Positions 1 to 10,648 of a stretch of 64,000 bases of DNA are shown piece after piece; position 1 is the first letter of the stretch, and every line of letters starts with the position of its first letter. The DNA comes from Octopus sinensis (Eukaryota). The stretch spans positions 77,004,001-77,068,000 of the forward strand of contig NC_043002.1 of the NCBI RefSeq assembly GCF_006345805.1. Direction: 5' to 3'. A program made the position numbers and the translations under genes. Under the pieces are notes generated by a model. That model was not told where the DNA came from. It did no database searches and saw nothing but the letters and a program-made list of their open reading frames with translations.

Positions 1-325
1 AGAGAGATAGATATAAATATATTTATATAAATATGTGAACTGTGGGATATAAATATAATCAAATATTAATTAATTGAAAGAACATTCATTATATTTAAGT
101 TGAGTGTCACATCAAATTTATTTTCATGAGGAAGAGGTTGACAATAGCTTACAAAGTTTTACCAGTCATTGGCTTTGCCAGACTTTCAGTGAAAATATGT
201 CTGTCTATCCGTCTTCTGCCTGTCTACCTATTTGTCTGTCTTTTTAGCTGTCTAATTATCTTTGTATTTATCTGTTTATTTATTTGTCTGTGTGTGTATG
301 TATGTATGTATGTACGTATAAATGT

Positions 326-356
326 ATCCATCCATCCATCCATCCATCCATCTATC

Positions 357-438
<82 letters not shown>

Positions 439-440
439 AT
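326..440. repeat. Compound (ATCC)n/(ATCT)n microsatellite
   Basis: Direct tandem tetranucleotide repeats; source of the SIYL-repeat ORFs at 126-595. Confidence 0.95.
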
Positions 441-1057
441 CAATCAGAGAAAGTGAGAGGAAATCAAGCATTAATTTCAATGATCTCACTCAGTTATCAT
501 ACTCATTCAGTTTAGTAGAGACTGAAAAACCAAGAGCCATTGCTCAAACTATCGTTACAAAAACCTCTCCAATATGGTTGCTTTTAATTGATTAAACAGA
601 TTTTATAGCTACTCCATTAAGTAATCAGAAGCAATATTTACTCCAGTATTCATTTTAAAAATATGTTAGCAAATAAAAAAGAGAGAAAAATTTCTCCTTG
701 CATTTATGGTCAGCATTTCAATGTATTTTCCACTACTCAGTATTATAGCCATTAACATCTGAAATAAATCATAGCATTTTGATTTTTTTCTCTGTAACTT
801 ATTGTTTTTCTTTTTCTATTAACTAATGTTTGTCCAGCATTTATCCATATAACTTGCTATAAAAAAAAAAGAGGAAAGAACCTGTATTTTGAAAAGCGGG
901 AAAATTAACAAGGTATTTTTTATTTGGCTTAGTAATCGTTAATAAAACAAATTTGGATTTTCTGGCTTAAGTAGATTCTTATGTACCAGAGCAGAGAGGC
1001 ACCCTCATAGAATCAGTCATGCAAACATACCAGATAAAATATGGTAAAATCCAGAAT

Positions 1058-1111
1058 CCAAGGAAACCAGTGATGGCTTGCATTTAGTCAAACCATCACC
1101 AGTTTCCTCGG
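1058..1111 (-). ncRNA. Candidate pre-miRNA-like hairpin (23-bp stem, 8-nt loop)
   Basis: Minus strand CCGAGGAAACTGGTGATGGTTTG-ACTAAATG-CAAGCCATCACTGGTTTCCTTGG pairs at all 23 positions (19 Watson-Crick, 4 G-U); UG at -14/-13 from the stem base; no expression evidence. Confidence 0.4.
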
Positions 1112-1295
1112 TGGCATTTAATACATAGGAGAGTTTGATAAATTCAGTTGTCGTGAGGAGTGAAGAATATACTGTTTCAGACTTGGTCCTTGTCTTTCAT
1201 CATGGAGTTAGGAAGAGAGAGAAACTTGTCATGATCTGTGCCAGCAGTAGTTTTGAAGAGAATGATTGATAGGACAACTTGATAACTTCCCTTAC

Positions 1296-1316
1296 CTCGA
1301 AGCCCTTGCCCTTCAT
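1296..1316 (-). other. Candidate 21-nt microexon (MKGKGFE in phase 0 or DEGQGLR in phase 1)
   Basis: Minus strand tcatattcactttcag|ATGAAGGGCAAGGGCTTCGAG|gtaagg; frame-preserving length; GC-rich relative to flanks. Confidence 0.3.
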
Positions 1317-1387
1317 CTGAAAGTGAATATGATAGCAGCCATTTAAAAATAACAGAAATACATAACTGTCAGTAGTTGGCTATGTTA

Positions 1388-2058
1388 AATAATGGTTTCT
1401 AATTTAGACACAAGGCCAGCAATTTTGGAGGTAGTGAGTTAGCTAGTATCATCAACCTCAGTACTTGTTGAGTACTTTACTTTATCAACCTTGAGGAATG
1501 AAAGGTAAAGCTGACTTTGAGAGGATTTGAACTCAGAACATAGAGAGCCAGAAGAAATACACAAGGTGCTCTAAATGATTCTGCTTATCCATCACCATTT
1601 GCCATCCACCACAAAATAATAATAATGATTTTTTAAATTTCTACTATAAGCACAAAGCCCGAAATTTTGAGGTAAAGGGCTCATTGATTACACTGCCCCC
1701 CTCCCCAATACATATTTTATTGACCACAAAAGGATGAAGTGCAAAGTTGATCTCAATGGAATTTGAACACAGGATGTAATGAATTGGAAGAAATGCTGCT
1801 AAGCTGTTCTGCTGGGTCACTGCTTTTACATAATAATAATAATAATCCTTTCTATTATAGGCACAAGGCCTGAAATTTGTGGGGAGGGGATAAGTCAATT
1901 ACATCAACCCCAGTACATAACTAGTACTTATTTGATTGACCCCGAAAGGATGAAAGGCAAAGTCGACATCAGTAGAATTTGAACTCAGAACGTAGTGGCA
2001 GATGAAATACCGCTATCATTTCTCCCAGTGTGCTAACGATTCTGCCAGCTTGCTGCCT

Positions 2059-2116
<58 letters not shown>

Positions 2117-2620
2117 TAATAATCATAATAATAATGATAATAATCATAATAATAATAATAATAATCATAATAATCATAATAATAATAATAATAATGATAA
2201 TAATCCATTTTACTAAAAACATGAGATCTGAAATTTTTTTAGTGGGACACTAATCAGTTACATTGATCATAGTGCTTCACTGGCAATTTATCGATTCTGA
2301 AAGGGTGAAAGGCAAAGTTGACCCTGGCAGAATTTGAACTCAGAACGTAAAGATAGACAAAATGCTGCTAAGCATTTTACCCAGTGTGCTAATAATTCTG
2401 TCAGCTCACCTTATTAATAATAATAATAATCCCTTCTACTAAAAGCACAAGGCCTGGAATTTTAGGAGAGGGGACTAGTCAATTACATCAAACCGCAATG
2501 TTTCATTGGTACTTATTCAATTGACCCTGAAATAATGAAAGGCAAAGTCGACCTCGGTAGAATTTGAACTCAACATAGCAACGGATGAAATACTGCTAAG
2601 CATTTCATCCTGCATGCTAA
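1388..2620 (-). mobile_element. Five head-to-tail copies of tRNA-derived SINE family B
   Basis: Copies at about 1388-1597, 1615-1828, 1831-2059, 2060-2412, 2415-2620 share GAATTTGAACTCAGAAC (reverse of B-box GAGTTCAAATTC) and GATGAAAGGCAAAGTCGAC; each has an (AAT)n tail. Confidence 0.9.
2060..2203. repeat. (AAT)n microsatellite, expanded SINE-B tail
   Basis: Tandem AAT with GAT/CAT interruptions abutting a SINE-B 3' end. Confidence 0.95.
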
Positions 2621-2877
2621 TACAATAGAGACACAAAAGGGCAGCACCTTTTTGCAAGGGCTCAGTGACTGATAGGGGAACAAAGAAGAGGTAGTGGGGA
2701 GTGGGGAGTAATTTGTAAGTTAAACCCACATGTGTTCTAAGTGTTCAAACAGAGTGGACCTCGTTAAAGGCACCCATATGCCAGATGGTAGTATAAACTG
2801 GTAGATGAATTTAGTTTACTTTTTAATTTAGCACAAAGCTAATTTTGAAAAAAAAAAAAAAATGGCACTTTATTGGT

Positions 2878-3175
2878 TATGACAATGAGAGTTTCAGTTG
2901 ATTGGATCAATGGAACAGCCTGCTATGGAAATTAACGTGCAAGTAGCTGAGCACTCCACAGACATGTGTACCCTTAATGGAGTTCTCAAGGAGATTCAGT
3001 GCGACACAGAATGGGACAAGGCTGGCCTTTTGAATTACAGCTACAATTTGTTTTTGCCAGCTGAGTGGACTGGAGCAATGTAAAATAAAAGTGACACCAC
3101 ACACTGCCAGGAATCGAATTCATGACTTTACAATCATAAGCTGGTTACTCTAACCACTAAACCACATGCCTTCAC
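2878..3175 (-). mobile_element. tRNA-headed SINE, family D group (chimeric body)
   Basis: Reverse tRNA-like head at about 3110-3175; GCCAGCTGAGTGGACTGGAGCAA block shared with the 35605-35844 copy. Confidence 0.7.
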
Positions 3176-3244
3176 AATTGTGAAGAAAGATAGGGTAATT
3201 TCTCCAGATCAAGCTCAGCATACTTTTTCTTTTATTCTTATATA

Positions 3245-3458
3245 TTCTTTTACTTGTTTCAGTCATTTGACTGCGGCCATGCTGGAGCACCGCCTTTAGT
3301 CGAGCAAATCGACCCCAGGACTTATTCTTTGTAAGCCTAGTACTTATTCTATTGGTCTCTTTTGACGAGCCGCTAAGTTACGGGGATGTAAACACACCAG
3401 CATCGGTTGTCAAGCGATGTTGGGGGGACAAACAATGACACACAAACATACGTACACT

Positions 3459-3490
<32 letters not shown>

Positions 3491-3670
3491 CACATATATA
3501 TATATACGACGGGCTTCTTTCAGTTTCCGTCTACCAAATCCACTCACAAGGCTTTGGTCGGCCCAAGGCTATAGTAGAAGACACTTGCCCAAGGTACCAC
3601 GCAGTGGGACTGAATCCGGAACCATGTGACTGGTAAGCAAGCTACTTACCACACAGCCACTCCTACGCAT
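3245..3670 (-). mobile_element. tRNA-derived SINE family A (internal CA/TA microsatellite)
   Basis: A-box TGGCTGTGTGG and B-box-like GGTTCAGTCCC on the reverse strand; near-identical to more than 10 other copies in the window. Confidence 0.92.
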
Positions 3671-4429
3671 AATGAAAAATTTTTAAATGAGTCTTGGAGG
3701 ATTTGATCTTCAAAACTTGAGCTAACAAACTAAAGGACATCATAAAGCAGCTGGATTGTTCCTCTAGCATGAGTGCTATTTCCACTGTTTTTATAAGAAT
3801 TAGCATCACTTTACACAAAGATATCAAGCTACGTATTTACATATGTTAGGGAGGAAGGCAGTTGTGGCATTTATGCCTTTTCCGTTAATATTGATACTGC
3901 AATCAATCTGTTATTCAATTTCAAACAACATTTCCTCAAGTTAGGATATGGATTTCACTAACACCATCACCACAAGTCATTCAAATTCATCGCTTTTAAT
4001 CTCTTACTTAATCTCCACAGCCCCCACAAATACACACACAGATGTATGTATGTATGTATGTATGTATGTGTGCATAGTACATGTGTATGTGTGCATATAG
4101 TATATATGTATGTGTGTATGTACAATATATATATATATATATATATATGTGTGTACAATATATATGTACATGTGTATAATATATATGTGATCTGTATAGT
4201 ATATGTGTGTATGTGTGTGTGTGCATATGTACTCCAACTGAAGGATGCTATCATCTTAAGCCATGTTCTCCCTTCTCTCTGTTCAGCCATCTCTTCTTCT
4301 ATCTAATCACTGAATGTTAAAATACTCATCCGCTCTCAATATTATATGTTGCTTTTTTTTTTCTCCTTCCACTTTCCTCTTTGTTTCTGTTTTTATTTTC
4401 CTAATGCTTATCCTCTGTCTGTCTGTCTC

Positions 4430-5153
4430 ACTCAGTCTCTCCCTGCTTTCTCATCTCTGCCTCTGTCTCTCTCTTTCCCTCTCTTATTCCCCTGTTCCTC
4501 TCCTTATTCAAATCAAACTTAACTGATAAGCAATCTTTCCTAGCTCTCTTTCTCACTCACTCACTCACTCACTCACTCACTCTTTCTCTCTCTCTTAAAC
4601 CTATTTTGGAGCTAGTGTACTGTTATTAAGGATGATAGTGATAGAAACTTCCTTTGGTATTAATACAAGGCAGCCCATGTGTAAGTAAGCATGCTAGCTT
4701 CAGTTTCATCATCAGCAACACACCACCAACTCCTCTCCCTTTCTCTCTCTCCCTCCTTCTCCCTCTCTCCTACCCACAGCCAGCCGCCTACCAGCTTTTG
4801 TTTTCTACTTTTTCCTTTTTTTTTTTATTACATGGCAGCTAAGATTGGTGAAAAATTGTTATGGAATGTAGGCATGGTAGCAGAGCTGATGCATTTACTG
4901 AAAGGGCACACCACTCTGTCGATACTGTGGCCGCTACCATCAAACGCTTGCAGTATTGGATAGATACAGTCTAGCAAGCTCTCAAGTTTATTCTGCCACA
5001 ACCACTGTTGCTGACAGAGGGGAGTGTATTTTTTTCTTCCTTTGCTGACTCCATTCGGCAGCAGAGAAGAGGAATTAACAGATTGAAGTTGGCTCCAAGA
5101 TATTCATCTAATTTTTGTTTTTTTCGACACTAAACACACTCTGCTGTTTTTTG
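4430..5153 (+). promoter_or_regulatory. Candidate promoter and non-coding first exon
   Basis: Repeat-free, GC-richer island after CT/GA-rich tracts; reverse CCAAT (ATTGG) near 4845; donor-like TTG|GTATGT after 5153 and acceptor-like tttctttcag ending at 5410. Confidence 0.4.
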
Positions 5154-7151
5154 GTATGTTTATTGTTTATTCTGTTCATTTCTTTCTTTTCTTTTTTTAA
5201 TTGAAAATTACTGTAAAACTTGCATAACAAAAAAAACAACAAAAAGAAGTGGGAGAGGGGGTAAAAAAAAGGAGGGAAATACAAGAGTTAGGCTTAATCA
5301 AAATAACATCTTTTATAAATGAAATATTAATATTTCAGGGTTTGTTATTTCTTCCCCCAACTGAAGCAAATGTTTAATTGAAGGCATTTTTATTAAGTAA
5401 TTTCTTTCAGGTTGTTAAACATATGCTTTGAGTTTTATCATTATTTTCATATGAAGATGTTTTATTCTGTTGACTCCTGTTGATAAGAGATCTGCTTTTT
5501 TATCTCTTTTTGCAGAAGAGTTACACAGCTTTTATTTTATTTTGTGCATCTGTGTGTGTGTGTCTCATACCACACACACGCATACACACACACACATTAT
5601 CCATGTGAATGAATTTTTGTTTGTGTGTGTGCATAATGTGTACATGTATTAACATAGCTGATTAAAAAATACCCATAATGGCTCATCATTCCTTCTTTCA
5701 CAAAACTGTTGCATCATTTAGAATACTGCATCCTTTAGGACACTGTATCAATATTATATCTCCAAATTCTGTTCATGTAAAATTTTCAGTTATCAATGTT
5801 GCAGAATAATTGGTTGCTTCACTAGAAAAGTTGAATCTAGTGTAGGTTGGTAAAACCATTTTGGAGTGATAAGAAGTCTTAGCATATATTTTGTTTGTCT
5901 GTAAAGGGTTAATCCCCAAGTATGAATCAAGTTTGATTATCCTTTCTCTTAAGCTCTTTTCTTAAGCTCAAATTCTGTCTGTTTATTATTATTTGTTCTG
6001 TTGCTCCAAGTATCTTTTTCTATGGTTTCAGTGTTAGGTTTATATGCGTTGACATTTCTTAAGAAAGATTCTTTTCTATCTGCAAAATGTTATATTCAAA
6101 AAATTACTTTCTATTTCATTACTTTATTAATTTAAAACTGAAACTTGAAAACAAATTAATTTATTTATTCTAGTATTTATTGAAATATAAAAAAAGAAGG
6201 GAAAGAAAAAAAGCATGTACAATGACATGGAATATGGTTTTTTTTTTTTGTAAAGATATCAGTGTGAGAGGTTTGACAAATTCAAAAGACTTTCACTTTG
6301 AAATTCAATTTAAGAAACATTGTCAATGAAATTTTTATTATCCAATAATGTTTTTTTTTAATCAAATAATCCCCCAAATTCTTTGTAAAATAATCTAATA
6401 AGTACTGGATAAGAAGAAACGACATATCAATTTCTTCTAATCTCATTACATAACATAAAAATAATTCCAATGTGTCCTACCCCTTCAATGAATTATTTAG
6501 TATCAGCTGCACTGAACTGCAATAAGTAAGTTTTTTTCTGAGCTGAATCTATGTGAACTAGTTTCAATTTTCAGTTGGAATTGCATCACTTATATTACCT
6601 AATACCACTAAGAAAGGCATAAATCTCCAACTTCTCATTTTTCCCTCCCAAAAGATTCAGAACTCAATAAAACAATCACATTCTTCATCTGAGTGGAAAA
6701 AAATTAATAAAGATTGGATTTTGTTTTTTACATTCAAAAAGAAGGAAAAGAAAACATAAAAATTTTACAAGTTCTGTTTTAGGATTAAAATTTAAATGAT
6801 GTAGTACTTTAAGATTGGATAATGTGGCATTTATAGAGGATTAAATCATCTGTATTTTCATTGAAACTCTTTTTTTCCTCTCTTCATATTCTCTTAGCTC
6901 TTGATTGAAAGAATAATTATTTGATGTCATATTTAATAAATTATAATATTAATTATAAATGATAAGATCCATTACACTGTGCTAAATGACTCAACAACAC
7001 TTGGTAGAATTAAATTTAGTGATATATATTTAAAAAAGAAACAAAAGACCCCCCCCCCCAAAAAAAATCATCTTTTAGAAATAATCATAGATTTCCTAAT
7101 TGTCAGAAATGTCTTTAAGGTTGAAATACATAAAAAATTTTTATGTTTCTT

Positions 7152-7208
7152 CTGCTGCTGCTGCCGCTGCTGCTGCTGCTGCTACCACTACTACTACTAC
7201 TACTACTA

Positions 7209-7268
<60 letters not shown>
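7152..7268. repeat. Compound (CTG)n(CTA)n(CTG)n triplet repeat
   Basis: Direct tandem triplets; source of the poly-A/T/L/Y ORFs. Confidence 0.95.
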
Positions 7269-7480
7269 AGCAATCTGACAGAATCATTACTACACTGGAC
7301 AGAATGCTCAGTGGCATTTCTTCTGGCTTTTTATATTCTGAGTTCAAATCCTGCCAAGGTCAACTTTGCCTTCCATCCTTTCAGGGACTATCCCAGTTGA
7401 GTACTGGATAGTCGAGTAATTGACATACCTCTCTCCTAAAATTGCTGGTCTTGAGCCAAAATTATTATTATTATTATTAT
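7262..7480 (+). mobile_element. SINE family B
   Basis: TTCTGAGTTCAAATCC B-box, GGTCAACTTTGCCTT core, (ATT)n tail. Confidence 0.85.
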
Positions 7481-7482
7481 TT

Positions 7483-7637
7483 AGGTGCAGGAGTGGCTGT
7501 GTGGCAAGTAGCTTGCTTACCAACCACATGGTTCTAGGTTCAGTCCCACTGCGTGAAACCTTGAGCAAGTGTCTTCTACTACAGCCTCGGGCCAACCAAA
7601 GTGGATTTGGCAGATGGAAACTGAAAGAGGCCTGTCG

Positions 7638-7672
<35 letters not shown>

Positions 7673-7866
7673 CTGTGTTTGTCCCCCCAACATTGCTTGA
7701 CAATCAATGATGGTGTGTTTACGTCCCCGTCATCTAGCGGTTCGGCAAGAGGGACCAATAGAATAAGTACTAGGCTTACAAAGAATAAGTCCTGGGGTCG
7801 ATTTGCTCAACTAAAGGCGGTGCTCCAGCATGGCTGCAGTCACATGACTGAAACAAATAAAAGAAT
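7483..7866 (+). mobile_element. SINE family A, full length
   Basis: AGGTGCAGGAGTGGCTGTGTGG head through GACTGAAACAAATAAAAGAAT tail. Confidence 0.92.
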
Positions 7867-8084
7867 TATTATTATTATTATTATTAGGAGGAGGAGGAGG
7901 CAGAGGTAGACTAGCTGAATCATTAGAACATCAGAAAAGTGCCTTGTGGTATTTGTCCCAGCTCTTTATGTTCCATGTTAAAATCTTGCTGATGTCAACT
8001 TTGCCTTTTGTGTTTCTTGGAGTACCATGTACTCAACTAAACCCCACTCAAAATTGTTTGCCTTATGTCAAAATTTTTTTTGAT

Positions 8085-8341
8085 GCATATGGCATATGTG
8101 TTTCCCCAGCTGGACGGGACGCCAATCCATTGCAGCATTACTCAAGAAACAGGAAGAAAGTGTGAGAGAAAGTTGGTGTGAAAGAGTACAACAGGGGTTG
8201 CCACCACCCCCTGCTGGAGCCTTGTGGAGCTTTTAGGTGTTTTTGCTCAATAAACACACAAAACACCCAGTCTGGGAATCGAAACCGCGATCCTCCGACC
8301 ACGAGTCCGCTGCCCTAACCACTGGGCCATTGCACCTCCAC
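8085..8341 (-). mobile_element. SINE family D with tRNA-Arg-like head
   Basis: Reverse strand TGGCCCAGTGG (A box) ... GGTTTCGATTCC (B box); shares body with 51400-51621. Confidence 0.85.
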
Positions 8342-8379
8342 TTATATCAAGATTAGAAACTATTATTGTTGTTATTGTT

Positions 8380-8605
8380 AAAGCAGCAAGCTAGTTGAAT
8401 TGTTAGAGTTTTGGACAAAAGGCATTTCTCCCAGTTCTTTACTTTCTGAGTTCAAATACCACTAAAGTCAACGTAGTCTATCATCCTATCAGGGGTCAAT
8501 GAAATAAGTGACAGTCAAGTACTGGAGTCAATGTAATCATAGACTTACTCCCTTCTCCAGAAATTGGTGGCCTTATACCAAAATTTAAAACTACTACTAC
8601 TACTG
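8380..8605 (+). mobile_element. SINE family B, diverged
   Basis: TTCTGAGTTCAAATACC B-box, family core, (CTA)n tail. Confidence 0.75.
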
Positions 8606-9218
8606 AGTGGTGGTGGTGGTAGTGGTGATAGTAGTAGTAGTGGTAGTAAAATGATTGATAAGCCATACTTAAGATTCTGTTGTTTTATTAGTATCTTTTG
8701 ATTTTCTTAATTTATTTTTCACTGATTACGATATCACTGTTGCACCTACATTTAAAGATATTCTAGACATGACCCATCACATTCATTCATTCATTCATTC
8801 ATTCATTCATTCATTCATTTAGTCTGTTTCAGGACATAATTATCCAATGTGTCCTTCCTAGTAATTTGAAAGTTGACGGTGTTTTGCAACTATTTCTAGC
8901 AAGCTGAGCAACCACATTGAGGCTGCCTTGCTGTTGTTTCTTTTGTTGTTGTTACTAAAGAATTTATTATTTTATTTATTTTTTTTTGTGACTTTCATAT
9001 TTATTGTGCAAATGAATCAAGCCAGACTGAATGCATTATAAAATCTAGTTCAACTCTCATCACTGTACTATGTCCATTTCATCCTGGAGTCCACTCTATG
9101 TTTTATCTATTCTCCCATGTTGACATCTTAAATGCCAACAAAATATTGATGTTTATTGGTTTTTGTAATAATTCAAAAGAAATTGTTAATGCAGTTGTTG
9201 CTGATGATGTTATTGTCA

Positions 9219-9241
9219 TTATTATTATTATTATCATTATT

Positions 9242-9292
<51 letters not shown>
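9219..9292. repeat. (ATT)n microsatellite
   Basis: Direct tandem repeat. Confidence 0.95.
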
Positions 9293-10270
9293 GTTGTAAT
9301 GACTGATGTTGTAGTTGTGGCAACACTGCTGCAATAATTGTCATTTATTGTTACTAGATGTGTTACCATTTTACTACACTTGTTGTTGTAGCTGTTCGCG
9401 TTATTGTATTGATGCTATTTTAATTGATGTCATTATAATCATTATTTGTTGTTCTACTTAGTGTTGTTACTTATCGTGTTTCAGCAATCAATATTTTTGT
9501 TGTTGCTTCACTCTCCTACTCAATGTCAGTGTTGATCGAAGAAGGCATTCCAGCCATAATTTCCTCAGCGTTTTTAAGAATATCTAGGCCTGCTTACTCA
9601 ATATGTCGTTTGCTTTTTTTTTTTAAAAAAAAAATGGTTGAGTGCGATTTGAGGGAGATTTTGCTACTATTTCTAGTAGGTTTTGCATAGTTGTCAACCT
9701 TATGCAGCCTCTAGTAGGTTAATATTCCTTGTAGATTTTGCATAGAGATTTCCTTATCAGTCTGAAATTTTTGATTTTGCTGATGTCGCTGGCAAATGGT
9801 GATGTCAAACTTGTAGCAGCTGCTATAACTATTTATTGCCATATTTGCAACAACAAAAGAATTGGTACTAAGTATAAATTGTGGTTGTTGTTGTTGTAGT
9901 TATCTCTTACCATAGCCACCAAGACAAAAATTCATTAATATTAATATGGAAGAATCATTTAAATAAATATAATATCTGCTGTCCTGAATACATAATTACA
10001 TTTGAACTCATTTACATATGTAATGATATTGTTGTTGTTTAGCCTCGGGTCAGTTGTGATCAAGCAGACCTGTGATCAAAGGCACTGCCTATGAGATGGA
10101 AGACCAGGGGGTACATTGTAGCTGGATCTGAGAATGTCCTGGGATCTCAGTGAATGTTTGCATATATTAAAAACTAGTATTTGCAGAAGAGAAGGGAGTT
10201 TGAAAGAAACTTTGTACTCCTGCCTGATGAAATCCCCCTCAGGGATCTATTCAAGGACGTTCTAACCATG

Positions 10271-10648
10271 ACTCTTTACTCTTTTACTTGTTTCAGTCAT
10301 TTGACTGTGGCCATGCTGGAGCAGCGCCTTTTAGTCGAGCAAATCGACCCCAGGACTTATTCTTTGTAAGCCTAGTACTTATTCTATCGGTCTCTTTTGC
10401 CGAACCGCTAAGTTACAGGGACGTAAACACACCAGCATCGGTTGTCAAGTAATACTGGTGGGGACAAACACAGACAGCAAACATATAGACACACATACAT
10501 ATATATATATATATATACACATATATACGACGGGCTTCTTTCAGTTTCCGTCTACCAAATCCACTCACAAGGCTTTGGTTGGCCCGAGGCTATAGTAGAA
10601 GACACTTGTCCGAGGTGCCATGCAGTGGGACTGAACCCAGAACCATGT
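10271..10648 (-). mobile_element. SINE family A, head truncated
   Basis: High identity to 3245-3670; lacks the A-box end. Confidence 0.9.

Noticed and set aside
126-595. ORFs with SIYL/LSIY repeats (also 23744-24121, 47621-47947)
   Set aside because: Read-through of (ATCT)n microsatellites
3417-3629. Recurring peptide RRASFSFRLPNPLTRLWSARG in many ORFs
   Set aside because: Antisense translation of SINE family A copies, not a gene family
6501-6525. 25-nt plus-strand exon before GTAAGT
   Set aside because: Weak acceptor and poor exonic donor context (TAA|GT)
7152-7268. CTA-to-CTG shifts in compound repeats as a trace of A-to-I edited retrocopies
   Set aside because: A single transition followed by slippage explains it; no supporting evidence in the sequence
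8268-8341. tRNA gene
   Set aside because: Anticodon and acceptor stems do not pair and the sequence continues into a SINE body
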